From Candidatus Saccharimonadota bacterium (GTDB lineage: Bacteria > Patescibacteriota > Saccharimonadia > Saccharimonadales > UBA4665): a DNA stretch of 64,000 nucleotides. Position 1 is the stretch's first letter, and every line of letters starts with the position of its first letter. The stretch is from contig DAIDKK010000001.1 of the NCBI GenBank assembly GCA_027450065.1, positions 13,438 through 77,437 on the forward strand, read 5' to 3'. The notes beneath the pieces are model-generated. The model was given only the letters and a program-made list of their open reading frames with translations. It was not told the DNA's origin and did not search any database. This document shows, one piece after another, positions 19,122 to 28,324 of the stretch. The translations under genes and the position numbers were made by a program.

Positions 19122-20741
19122 ATGACAGATATAGAGATACCCCTCGAAAGAAACCGTAAGGGTCACTATCGGTTTTTGGAAATAATGCCAGGGTTACTGA
19201 GTTGGGGTATGCTGGCGCTACCTTTTGTACTGAGCCTGATTAATGTAAAGCTCGCAGCTTTTTTTATGTTCGTCTACGTACTCATAAATTTTACTCGTGG
19301 TGCGGCAGGGGGGTTTCGAGCCATTCAGGGCTACCGAACGATGCGGCAGCACCAACAATTGCCATGGGCCACCATGCTCCAAGAACTTCGCGATGGAGCC
19401 ATACCTTCTCGCGCTGAGCGGCCAAAATGGCACCACTATGCGATAGATAGAACTGCCTATCGCCCACTCCTTATGCCACCCGAGGAGCTTATTCACGCTG
19501 TTATCATTGCGACGTATAAGGAATCACGAGATATTCTTGCCCCAACAATCGAGGCGCTACTTGCTTCGGACTACAATATGAAGCAGGTTATTTTTATCCT
19601 GGCCTATGAAGGGCGAGCAGGAGAGGAAACCGAAAATCGTGCCAAAGAACTTGTTGCAACATACGGTTCGCGGTTTTTGGATGCATTGGCCATCAAGCAC
19701 CCTAGCAATATCCCGAATGAGATTGTTGGTAAGGGAGCAAACGTTACCTACGCGGGGCGGCAGCTCAAGCAGTATCTCGAAGACCGTCACATTGATCCTT
19801 TGCGTGTTCTCGTTACGACACTTGATGCCGATAATAGGCCCGACAAACATTACCTAACCGCCCTGAGCTATACCTATATAGTATGCCCCGATCCGGTCCA
19901 CAGTTCATTCCAGCCGGTAGCGCTCTTTGCGAATAATATTTGGGATGTGCCGGCGCCCATGCGTGTACTTGCCACCGGAAACTCGATTTTTCATCTGGTT
20001 ACCTCATTACGGTCGCATGCTCTCCGAAACTTCTCCTCACACGCTCAGCCTATGGTTGCCCTCATACAGACTGATTTTTGGAGTGTTCGGACTATCGTGG
20101 AAGATGGTCACCAGTTTTGGCGATCATATTTCCGCTTCGATGGGAATTATCGCGTACTGCCACTCCATCTACCCATCTCACAAGACGCAGTCCTTTCCGA
20201 GTCGTACCTCAAGACAATCAAGGCTCAGTTTCTCCAGATTCGGCGTTGGACGTATGGGGTTTCGGACGTCCCGTACGTCATTCATATGGGGTTATTCCGT
20301 AAGAATACGATTCCAAAACGTGATTTATTAGCCAAAACATGGCGCTTGCTGGAAGGGCATGTTAGCTGGGCGGTCGGACCATTACTTGTTCTCTTCGGTG
20401 GCTTTATACCTGTTATGTTTCACTCCAGGAGCTATGCGGCGCTTGAATTACCTATTATCGTGAGTCGTATACAGACAATTGCTCTATCGGTTGCCACGGT
20501 CAGCGTTTTCTTGGCGCTGAAAACTCTACCCAAAAAGCCAGCTCGGTACAAGCGTCACCGCACTATCTTTATGGTGCTGCAATGGGTGTATCTACCAGTG
20601 ACCACCATTGTCTTTAACTCGTTTGCAGCACTTTACTCTCAGACGCGTCTTCTATTTGGCCGATATATGTCCAAGTTTGATGTGACAGAAAAAGCTGTTG
20701 TATCTGATGCAACCGGAACAGGTCGAACTGCGAAGCTGTAA
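19122..20741 (+). CDS. GT2-family membrane glycosyltransferase
   Basis: IIATYKE, GKGAN, TLDAD, VED and QIRRW (D,D,D,QxxRW) with flanking TM helices. Confidence 0.88.
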   Translation: MTDIEIPLERNRKGHYRFLEIMPGLLSWGMLALPFVLSLINVKLAAFFMFVYVLINFTRGAAGGFRAIQGYRTMRQHQQLPWATMLQELRDGAIPSRAERPKWHHYAIDRTAYRPLLMPPEELIHAVIIATYKESRDILAPTIEALLASDYNMKQVIFILAYEGRAGEETENRAKELVATYGSRFLDALAIKHPSNIPNEIVGKGANVTYAGRQLKQYLEDRHIDPLRVLVTTLDADNRPDKHYLTALSYTYIVCPDPVHSSFQPVALFANNIWDVPAPMRVLATGNSIFHLVTSLRSHALRNFSSHAQPMVALIQTDFWSVRTIVEDGHQFWRSYFRFDGNYRVLPLHLPISQDAVLSESYLKTIKAQFLQIRRWTYGVSDVPYVIHMGLFRKNTIPKRDLLAKTWRLLEGHVSWAVGPLLVLFGGFIPVMFHSRSYAALELPIIVSRIQTIALSVATVSVFLALKTLPKKPARYKRHRTIFMVLQWVYLPVTTIVFNSFAALYSQTRLLFGRYMSKFDVTEKAVVSDATGTGRTAKL

Positions 20742-20746
20742 GAGTA

Positions 20747-21151
20747 TCAGGCTTTGTGATAGGCAGCATACGAGATGGCTGCCACTCTATCAAACCGCTG
20801 AAGCGTGTTGTATGCAACTGAACGTATAGCTGCAACCTCGATAGAGGCCCCAGGACGGGTTTTTAGCAGGTGAGCGATAACTGTGGCGGCTAAGGCGCTC
20901 GCTGCATCTATAGCGTCGCTACGATGTCCAAGCGCTTGTACAAGACTCATAAAAAGCGTATCACGGCTAAAAGGCTCAATCGAACCATCTGGCCGAGTAA
21001 TGCTGAGGCTTAGAGAGAGGTCGGCCGATTCTACGGTAGTGAATATGGCCCCACAATGTTTGCAGGCTCGTCGTCGCCATACGTGACCGTGGCGCCTCTG
21101 TTCTCGGGAATTTGTGACGTAGGTTGAATTACCGCAATATATGCATACCAT
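20747..21151 (-). CDS. nrdR: NrdR-like transcriptional repressor
   Basis: CIYC..V.NSR...WRRRACKHC...FTTVE zinc ribbon plus an ATP-cone-like domain (DGSIEPFSR); FDRVAAISY. Confidence 0.8.
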   Translation of the reverse strand: MVCIYCGNSTYVTNSREQRRHGHVWRRRACKHCGAIFTTVESADLSLSLSITRPDGSIEPFSRDTLFMSLVQALGHRSDAIDAASALAATVIAHLLKTRPGASIEVAAIRSVAYNTLQRFDRVAAISYAAYHKA

Positions 21152-21226
21152 GTCAACATATTGTCATATCGCTTGTAAAAAAGCCAGTGGAAAACTTAGT
21201 CGTATCGTGGAAAACCCCGTGATACT

Positions 21227-21259
21227 AAAAACCCGGCCTTCGCTTATGCGAAGGCCGGG
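21227..21259 (-). terminator. Intrinsic terminator
   Basis: 12-bp stem cccggccttcgc/gcgaaggccggg followed by a U5 tract on the minus strand. Confidence 0.8.
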
Positions 21260-21407
21260 GCATTGTCTTATGAATGGTTTATGCAGTCCTTACCCGGCGG
21301 ATTCGAACAATTCGTTTCACGCTGGGCAGCTCTTCATAAAACAACTGAAAGCCCTGCAAAGAGCTCGGTTGCTTGGTACTCACCAAAATACCTCGATTAA
21401 CTGGACT

Positions 21408-21436
21408 AGTGTACTACTCGAAAACTTGCAAGTCAA
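21408..21436 (-). promoter_or_regulatory. Sigma70 promoter
   Basis: TTGACT-17 nt-TACACT on the minus strand. Confidence 0.7.
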
Positions 21437-21566
21437 TACATGTGATGATATACATAAGCATTATAACAGGGGTAGCGATATAAGATTGCAGCTTGATTGC
21501 AGCCTGCCTTATCTGCTATAGTATCTTGAGCTTCGACAGGTACGATATGATAAATACGTATCGAGC

Positions 21567-21643
21567 GGGCGATTAGCTCATTTGGCTAGAGCGCCACATT
21601 GACGTTGTGGAGGTGATAGGTTCGAATCCTATATCGCCCACCA
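21567..21643 (+). tRNA. tRNA-Val(GAC)
   Basis: GGGCGAT...ATCGCCC-ACCA; anticodon TT-GAC-GT. Confidence 0.95.
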
Positions 21644-21933
21644 CTAAAATACCCCCGGTCTCGGGGGTATTTTAGTGGTGGGGTAGTGCTAGATGAAAAG
21701 TGGCCGAAGGCAGTTCGATAATCGAGCGATGAGCGAGATTATATGCAGAAACCGAGCTGACCAGCAGCTATAAGAATATGTCAGCCCGGCTTGAAGCTAT
21801 AATCCTATATCGCCCACCATATAAAAACCACCCCTTGAGGGTGATTTTTATATGGGGAAACAGGCCGATTCCACGAAGTGATATCGCCCACCAAAGTAAA
21901 ACACTCCTTTCATGGGAGTGTTTTACTTTGGTG
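21625..21933 (+). repeat. tRNA-Val-linked repeats (3' end copies each followed by a long hairpin)
   Basis: aatcctatatcgcccacca at 21625 and 21801; atatcgcccacca at 21881. Confidence 0.9.
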
Positions 21934-22436
21934 ACTATGAATAATTCGAGAACTGTAGAGTGAGCGAAACGAACGAAGGCTCAACAAGCACGAAGCGTAC
22001 TATCCTACAATGACCCATGCCTTAACCCCTATCAAATCGAATAGCATTTTTGCATTCCGCAACATTATTAAAACTCGCAAGGCGCACAGCCTATCAGCTG
22101 TGTGGGCAGATCGTTGATGCTATTCAGATTTGTCATAGGAAACTATGACAGCCCAAAAACCTAGCTATATCCCATATCTCAGCCGAGGCATAAAAAGAGC
22201 GAAATACGGTTATCCACTTATCCACAGAAGCAGACAAAGATTCATTAAAAAGGGGCTAGCCAAATCAGGCTAGGTACTTTATACTAGCTCGTGAGGTGAG
22301 GTTCTGCCGAGAGGTTTTAACCGAACAGAAAAACACTTGGATGCAATTGCGAGAACATCCAAGTGTTTTTTATTGCTATGCAAATTAGTACGACCGACGC
22401 TTTTGTGTAAGGGTTAAGAGTGTTAAAATAGCCAGT

Positions 22437-22598
22437 AAGCATTGATGTGGACTCACCACCCACGGAGCTTCGTTGATGTGGCGACAGGGTACGATAACCG
22501 TAGTTGCAAGAGTAAAAGCTTAGGTGGAACCTTCGGCTGATGGCCGAACCCGAGCACGCTAGAGAACATGGGTATGTTCAGTAGCGTGTTTTTTATTT
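22437..22598 (+). promoter_or_regulatory. T-box riboswitch (Thr) with terminator
   Basis: T-box AGG-TGGAACC (22522-22531), antiterminator helix ttcggc/gccgaa, terminator gcacgcta...tagcgtgt-tttt, and an ACC triplet at 22455; lies upstream of thrS. Confidence 0.8.
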
Positions 22599-22625
22599 GG
22601 TTACTTAATGGCAAGGAGGCTTACC

Positions 22626-24485
22626 ATGGCTGATACACAAGATAAACTCTATGCGATGCGACATAGTCTGGCGCATATTATGGCGACAGCAATACAAGAT
22701 CTCTGGCCAGACGTTAAGTTGGGCGTTGGCCCGGTGGTAGAGAATGGCTTTTATTATGATGTCGATCTTGGGGATATAAAACTGAGCGAAGAAGATTTTC
22801 CGCGCATCGAAGCAAGCATGCAGGCTATTATTAAGACTGCCCAGCCTTTCGAGCGATTTACGATGCCAATTGCTGAGGCTCTTGAATGGGCTCATAAATA
22901 CGGCCAGCCCTACAAGGCGGAATTGCTACATGATTTACAACGAGAGGGCACTACTGTCGCAAAAGATTTGAATGCTGCCATGATGGGTTTGCCGGCTGGT
23001 GTTGGCGGCACAACAGCTCCTCAGGTGATTACCGAAGTATCTTTCTACAGAAACGGAGATTTTACTGACCTGTGCCGGGGCCCACACGTCGAATCGACGA
23101 ATAAAGTCGGGGCCTTTAAGCTGATGCGGGTCGCGGGAGCCTACTGGCGCGGTAAAGAGACGAATCCGCAGATGCAGCGTATCTACGGGGTGGCTTTTGA
23201 GACGCCCAAAGAGTTACGTCAGTACCTCGATATGCTCGAAGAGGCAAAAAAGCGCGATCACCGCAAGCTTGGGCAAGAACTAGACTTATTTATCACCTCC
23301 GACATGGTTGGCTCGGGCCTGCCTATATTTACCCCAAGGGGCACGGTGCTCCGCGAAGAACTGGCTGCCTTTAGTAATGCGCTACGCGAAAACTACGAGT
23401 TCCAGAAGGTGTGGACGCCGCATATGACCAAAAAGGATCTCTACGAGGCGAGCGGTCACTGGGCAAAGTTTGGTGATGAGCTCTTTCTGGTCAAAAGTCA
23501 GGAAACGAGTGATGAGCTGGTGCTGAAGCCCATGAACTGCCCACACCACACGCGTATTTATGCCTCTCAGCCGCGTAGTTACCGCGATTTACCGGTACGC
23601 TACCTCGAGACTACCACGGACTACCGGGATGAAAAGACGGGCGAGCTCGGTGGCTTGAGTCGTGTGCGGGCGCTCACGCAAGATGATAGCCATGTATTTT
23701 GTCGCCAGGATCAGATTGAAGCGGAGATTGATAATCTTCTGAACTGTGCGCGGGAGCTTTATAGTACAGTCGGCATGGATTTGCGCGTTCGTCTGAGCTA
23801 TCGGGATAACACTGATGCTTATCTGGGAGATATGACACTCTGGGAAAATGCCCAGAAGCAACTCAAGGCGGCCGTCGTGGCAAATGAGCTTCAGTATTTT
23901 GAGCAAGATGGCGAGGCGGCATTTTATGGGCCAAAAATAGACTTTATGGTAACGGACGCCATTGGCAGAGAACACCAGCTGGCAACGGTTCAGCTTGATT
24001 TTGTGCAACCAGAACGATTTGGCCTGGAGTATACGGCCGAAGACGGTTCGTCGCAGCGACCTATTATGATTCATTCTGCATTGCTCGGCTCAATTGAGCG
24101 GTTCCTATCGGTGTATATTGAGCATACCGCTGGAAAATTCCCAGTCTGGTGCGCGCCGGAGCAGGTACGTATTGTAAGCGTGAACCAAGAGGAAGAGACG
24201 CTGGCATTCGTGAATGTGCTACGCCAAAAAGGCAGAGAGCTGGGTCTACGTATCGAGACAGATAATACGAATGAATCTGTCGGCAAGAAGATTCGTGCCG
24301 CCGAACTGTGGAAGGTGCCGTATGTTATCGTTGCTGGCGATAAGGAGATAGCCGGCGGTGAACTGGTGCCACGTATTCGCAAAGACTTGGTAGTCAGTGA
24401 AATAGCCAAAAGCTATACAGCAGACGAGTTTTTACGCACGGTAGCTAATGAAGCCAAAACCCGCGTCAATAAATCTTCGATGTAA
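22626..24485 (+). CDS. thrS: Threonyl-tRNA synthetase (short form without N1/TGS domain)
   Basis: RHSLAH, DLCRGPH, RDHRKLG, KPMNCPHH, AFYGPKID, LGSIERF; SD aaggagg. Confidence 0.97.
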   Translation: MADTQDKLYAMRHSLAHIMATAIQDLWPDVKLGVGPVVENGFYYDVDLGDIKLSEEDFPRIEASMQAIIKTAQPFERFTMPIAEALEWAHKYGQPYKAELLHDLQREGTTVAKDLNAAMMGLPAGVGGTTAPQVITEVSFYRNGDFTDLCRGPHVESTNKVGAFKLMRVAGAYWRGKETNPQMQRIYGVAFETPKELRQYLDMLEEAKKRDHRKLGQELDLFITSDMVGSGLPIFTPRGTVLREELAAFSNALRENYEFQKVWTPHMTKKDLYEASGHWAKFGDELFLVKSQETSDELVLKPMNCPHHTRIYASQPRSYRDLPVRYLETTTDYRDEKTGELGGLSRVRALTQDDSHVFCRQDQIEAEIDNLLNCARELYSTVGMDLRVRLSYRDNTDAYLGDMTLWENAQKQLKAAVVANELQYFEQDGEAAFYGPKIDFMVTDAIGREHQLATVQLDFVQPERFGLEYTAEDGSSQRPIMIHSALLGSIERFLSVYIEHTAGKFPVWCAPEQVRIVSVNQEEETLAFVNVLRQKGRELGLRIETDNTNESVGKKIRAAELWKVPYVIVAGDKEIAGGELVPRIRKDLVVSEIAKSYTADEFLRTVANEAKTRVNKSSM

Positions 24486-24486
24486 T

Positions 24487-24828
24487 ATGAAAAAAACCAC
24501 CAGTACCAACGAATCTAATTTTCGGGAGCGAGTTGAAGTGGTGGTGGCCCAGATTCCTCGTGGCCGAGTCATGACGTACGGCCAGATAGCGGCACTGTGT
24601 GGTAACGCACGGGCAGCACGGATTGTGGGGGGTATCGCTCACTTTGGCGACACAAATTTGCCGTGGCAAAGAGTCGTCAACAAACAGGGAGGCCTTGCGA
24701 GTGGGTATCCTGGCGGCCGGGCTGGGCATAGGCAGGTGCTTGCAGCCGAAGGCGTGTTAGTCGCTGACGATATGCGGGTCGCTGTTTCCAAGTTGCTTTG
24801 GTGGCCGCCCGAACGGCGCAAGGTATGA
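24487..24828 (+). CDS. Alkyltransferase-like (ATL/MGMT family) protein
   Basis: IPRGRVMTYGQIA..ARAARIVG; PWQRVV lacks the catalytic Cys of PCHRV. Confidence 0.88.
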   Translation: MKKTTSTNESNFRERVEVVVAQIPRGRVMTYGQIAALCGNARAARIVGGIAHFGDTNLPWQRVVNKQGGLASGYPGGRAGHRQVLAAEGVLVADDMRVAVSKLLWWPPERRKV

Positions 24829-25694
24829 AACGAGAAAACCCCCTAGTCGTTATTGTGGGAGAGACTGCTAGTGGCAAATCTGCACTGGCGATGGAAATTG
24901 CGGAGCGCTTTAATGGTGAAATAGTGTGTGCCGATTCCTGGACGGTGTATAAAGGGTTCGATATTGGCACCGCTAAGCCAAGTTTGGCCGATCAGCGGGC
25001 CATACCGCACCACCTACTCGATATAGCAGAACCAAGCGAAGGGTTTAGCGCTGCGGTGTTCAAGGAAGTGGCCCAACATGCCATACAGGACATCCAGAAC
25101 CGTCGGAAATTGCCCATTCTTGCCGGCGGCAGCGGTCTTTACGTCGATAGTGTGCTGTATGATTATGGATTTCTTGAGCAATCTGATCCCGTCAAACGCG
25201 CATTATTAGATGCAATGGAATTACCAAGCCTAATTGCTCATGCAAATAAACTTGGACTCGATATGATGGATATTGATATTCGTAATAAGCGGAGGGTCAT
25301 TCGCCATATCGAGAATATGGGCGTGCGCCCCACAAAGCAGCCGGTTAGACAGAGTACACTCGTGTTGGGGCTGCAGGTTCCCCGTGATGAGCTTGCCAAA
25401 CGAACGGAGGCACGAGTCGACGCGATGATGGCACAAGGATTAGAGGACGAGGTGCGGCAATTATCCGCACGGTATGGCTGGGATGCGGAACCCATGAAAG
25501 GGATTGGATACCGTGAATGGCAGGATTACTTTATGGGCACACAAACATTTTCAGAAACTCGCCAAAAAATCCTGCAAAATACAAGACAGCTCGCCAAGAA
25601 ACAGCGAACGTGGTTCAAACGTAATAATAGTATTCAATGGATAAATACAAGAAGTAAAACTGTAGATTTAGTAACAACGTTTTTGAACAATTAA
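24825..25694 (+). CDS. miaA: tRNA dimethylallyltransferase
   Basis: GETASGKS, ADS..VYKG.DIGTAKP, GGSGLY, AKKQRTWF. Confidence 0.95.
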   Translation: MKRENPLVVIVGETASGKSALAMEIAERFNGEIVCADSWTVYKGFDIGTAKPSLADQRAIPHHLLDIAEPSEGFSAAVFKEVAQHAIQDIQNRRKLPILAGGSGLYVDSVLYDYGFLEQSDPVKRALLDAMELPSLIAHANKLGLDMMDIDIRNKRRVIRHIENMGVRPTKQPVRQSTLVLGLQVPRDELAKRTEARVDAMMAQGLEDEVRQLSARYGWDAEPMKGIGYREWQDYFMGTQTFSETRQKILQNTRQLAKKQRTWFKRNNSIQWINTRSKTVDLVTTFLNN

Positions 25695-25760
25695 GATTTT
25701 TGTGCAACCGCCTGGTGCTGCTATACTATCTACAGAAACTTGAACAGGAAGGAACGCGCT

Positions 25761-26381
25761 ATGGTTGAGCAACTATTTGGATCGAAGACTCGTGTAAAAT
25801 TGCTGCGACTATTTTATAGCAATCCAAACCGTTCTTTCTATGTGCGTGAAATAACCCGTAAGATTGAAGAGCAGATTAACTCGGTCCGCAGGGAGCTTGC
25901 AAACCTTCTTAATATTGGCATCATCACGAGCGACACGAGCAACAATAAAGTCTACTACGAGGTTAACCAAAAGTACGAGTACTACGCACCGTTGCAAGAT
26001 ATATTCGGAGATACGAAGCAGCGACGTAAAGTGACGAAAGCAGCCATCAAGACTGAAGGGGAACCAGTGACGATAGAAACAGATGAGGAGAAGTCTGATT
26101 TGAGAGCACTCGGGAATGTAGAGGTTGCGTGTTTCTTGGGTCAGTTTACTCGAGATGAGACGAGTGGTGTCGATATTCTGATTGTTGGAAACGTAAATCA
26201 TAATGCTGTTTCCAAATACGTTACGGAACTCGAGCGGCAAGAAGGCAAGGATTTACGTTACACCGTATTCACACTCGATGAATTTCGTTATCGCATGCAA
26301 ATAAAAGATCGATTCATATCAAATGTACTGCGTTCAAAGAAGCAGGTACTTGTTGATAAACCGGGCCTGCTGAACGAGTAA
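25761..26381 (+). CDS. Winged-HTH regulator fused to a degenerate nucleotidyltransferase-like domain
   Basis: LFGSKTRVKLL..F...YVREI...INSVRREL wHTH; C-terminal FLGQF...GVDILIVG. Confidence 0.75.
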   Translation: MVEQLFGSKTRVKLLRLFYSNPNRSFYVREITRKIEEQINSVRRELANLLNIGIITSDTSNNKVYYEVNQKYEYYAPLQDIFGDTKQRRKVTKAAIKTEGEPVTIETDEEKSDLRALGNVEVACFLGQFTRDETSGVDILIVGNVNHNAVSKYVTELERQEGKDLRYTVFTLDEFRYRMQIKDRFISNVLRSKKQVLVDKPGLLNE

Positions 26382-26491
26382 CCCCTCGCTAGATAGCTTG
26401 CAACTTTTAGTTTTAAGGGTCGTACGCTATAGTATAGTCAGCGGCTGGCACTGTGCCGACCCTCTGGAAACATAAGTATTATTGGAGTTTT

Positions 26492-27115
26492 ATGGATATA
26501 CAGTTCTATGGTGCGAATTGCATCGTTATCTCTACCAAACAAGCGCGATTTGTATTTGATGACACACTGGAGAGTCTAGGCGCAAAATCTATCGTACGCG
26601 ACGGTGACATTTGTTTGTTTACGTCAGCGCATCCAACCCCTATTACGCAAGCGAAAATGTGCATTGACGTGCCAGGTGAGTACGAGATTAGCGGTGTTAA
26701 CATACGTGGCCTGCAGTCTCGTGGGCATACAGATGGTGAGACCGAGCGAACAGCAGTTATGTATAAGGTGTCTGTCGGTGACGTGAAAGTCCTCATAACG
26801 GGGCATGTATATCCCAAATTTAGTGATGCAAAACTTGAAGACATCGGCTTGGTTGACATTATGTTTATCCCTGTAGGCGGTCATGGTTATACACTTGATC
26901 CTGAAGGGGCCCTGCAAGTTATAAAGCAGGTAGAACCAAAGGTTGTGGTACCGACCCATTACGCCGATCCAGCGCTAACCTATGAAGTCCCGCAGGCCAC
27001 ACTCGATGAAGCACTGAAAGTAATTGGGATGGAGCCAAGCGAAACGACGAAAAAACTGCAGTACAAGCCTGCCGAGATAACGACCTCGACACAGCTCATC
27101 GTACTTGAGAAATAG
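26492..27115 (+). CDS. MBL-fold metallo-hydrolase-like protein
   Basis: PGEYEI, DIMFIPVGG, PKVVVPTHY; the first metal motif is degenerate. Confidence 0.8.
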   Translation: MDIQFYGANCIVISTKQARFVFDDTLESLGAKSIVRDGDICLFTSAHPTPITQAKMCIDVPGEYEISGVNIRGLQSRGHTDGETERTAVMYKVSVGDVKVLITGHVYPKFSDAKLEDIGLVDIMFIPVGGHGYTLDPEGALQVIKQVEPKVVVPTHYADPALTYEVPQATLDEALKVIGMEPSETTKKLQYKPAEITTSTQLIVLEK

Positions 27116-27214
27116 TAGTATCAACGTTTATCTATAGCTACTCTGTGAAGGGTCAATGCTATTAAAAGAACCGCATCCTTACCGGCTGCGGTTCTTTATA
27201 CGAGAAGGCTTGCG

Positions 27215-27406
27215 CTAGGCGAGGAGCCCCTTTTTCTTTAGGGTGCGAATCGCCTGTGTGCTTATCTTAAGCTTCACTTTTTTGCCGTCTACTTCGACCG
27301 TCTTATTTTGAAGATTTGGCTTCCAAACCTTTTTGGTGTGGCGCTGAGAAAAGCTGACATTACTGCCGTATTGCTTGCCCTTGCCGGTAAGTTCGCATTT
27401 CTGCAT
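27215..27406 (-). CDS. rpmB: 50S ribosomal protein L28
   Basis: CELTGKGKQYGSNVSFSQRHTKKVWKPNLQ. Confidence 0.96.
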   Translation of the reverse strand: MQKCELTGKGKQYGSNVSFSQRHTKKVWKPNLQNKTVEVDGKKVKLKISTQAIRTLKKKGLLA

Positions 27407-27489
27407 TATATTTCTCCTAATTCAAGGAGTTATTGTATAGTTTTTGTCCTCGTAAGTCAACGCCTAGCTTGGTATACTAGAATGTAGAC

Positions 27490-28098
27490 ATGGAATTAAG
27501 TGGATTTTTACTATTATTGGTAGCTATTGTATGTATTCTGATTGCCATGGTGGTACACGAATTCATGCATGCGTATGTTGGTTATCGGCTCGGTGATACA
27601 ACAGCCCGCGACGAGGGAAGGTTGTCTCTCAATCCTATGCGGCATATTGATCCGTTTACGACGGTGCTACTACCAGCGCTCGCGTGGGTATTCTTTGGGT
27701 TTATTGTCTTGGCTGCCAAGCCAGTTCCATTCAATCCACTCAGAGTGAAGTATAGGGAATTCGGCGGCGCACTTATTGCTGCCGCAGGTCCTTTTGCAAA
27801 TCTGGCTTTAGCAATTGTGGCTGCGCTGCTTTACCATGTAGTGGCTGGTGGGCTCCCCGGGCAGGTACTTGCGATATTTATCAAGCTCAATGTAGCGTTG
27901 TTTGTGTTTAATCTTATACCTATCCCACCTCTCGACGGATCGCGTATTTTGTATGCCTTTGCACCAGAACCTGTGCAAAATTTTATGGAAAGAATTGAAC
28001 CATACGGTTTCTTTATTATCCTGGGGCTGATCTTACTAGGAGGTTTTGGAAGTGCTATCGTGGGGCTCAACCAGTTTGTGCTCAACCTACTCCCATAA
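27490..28098 (+). CDS. Site-2 protease (M50)
   Basis: HEFMH, AAGP.AN and FNLIPIPPLDG. Confidence 0.93.
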   Translation: MELSGFLLLLVAIVCILIAMVVHEFMHAYVGYRLGDTTARDEGRLSLNPMRHIDPFTTVLLPALAWVFFGFIVLAAKPVPFNPLRVKYREFGGALIAAAGPFANLALAIVAALLYHVVAGGLPGQVLAIFIKLNVALFVFNLIPIPPLDGSRILYAFAPEPVQNFMERIEPYGFFIILGLILLGGFGSAIVGLNQFVLNLLP

Positions 28099-28111
28099 GG
28101 TATACTGTATG

Positions 28112-28290
28112 GGCTGGGTATGTTCGCTTCTCGGAGCGGATGCCAACATATGATTATCTGAATACTAATCATACGGGAGCTTTATATGCTAGTAACCGTG
28201 GTTACTAGTTGCGAGCACCCACCTGGAATTTTTCAGGTTTAATCAGTTGGCGCCCAGCAAAAAAGCCCTGCCGATATGGCGGGGCTTTTT
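28112..28290 (+). ncRNA. Candidate structured non-coding RNA of unknown family
   Basis: TATACT at 28101; nested stems gctgggt/gcccagc and gccaac/gttggc enclose several hairpins; a terminator follows. Confidence 0.5.
28259..28290. terminator. Bidirectional terminator
   Basis: aaaaaagccctgcc-gatat-ggcggggcttttt. Confidence 0.8.
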
Positions 28291-28324
28291 ATGTAGATTA
28301 TGTAGAGCCAAGGAGCGGCTGTTC

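Noticed and set aside
21141..21521. 126-aa plus-strand ORF
   Set aside because: It overlaps the nrdR start and a minus-strand promoter-terminator unit, and has no motif.
21625..21933. Possible CRISPR array
   Set aside because: The repeats are tRNA 3' ends of unequal length, the spacing is irregular (176 and about 74 nt), and there are no cas genes.
22210..22226. DnaA-box pair (TTATCCACT/TTATCCACA) as an origin
   Set aside because: There is only one perfect box, no cluster, and no dnaA/dnaN nearby.
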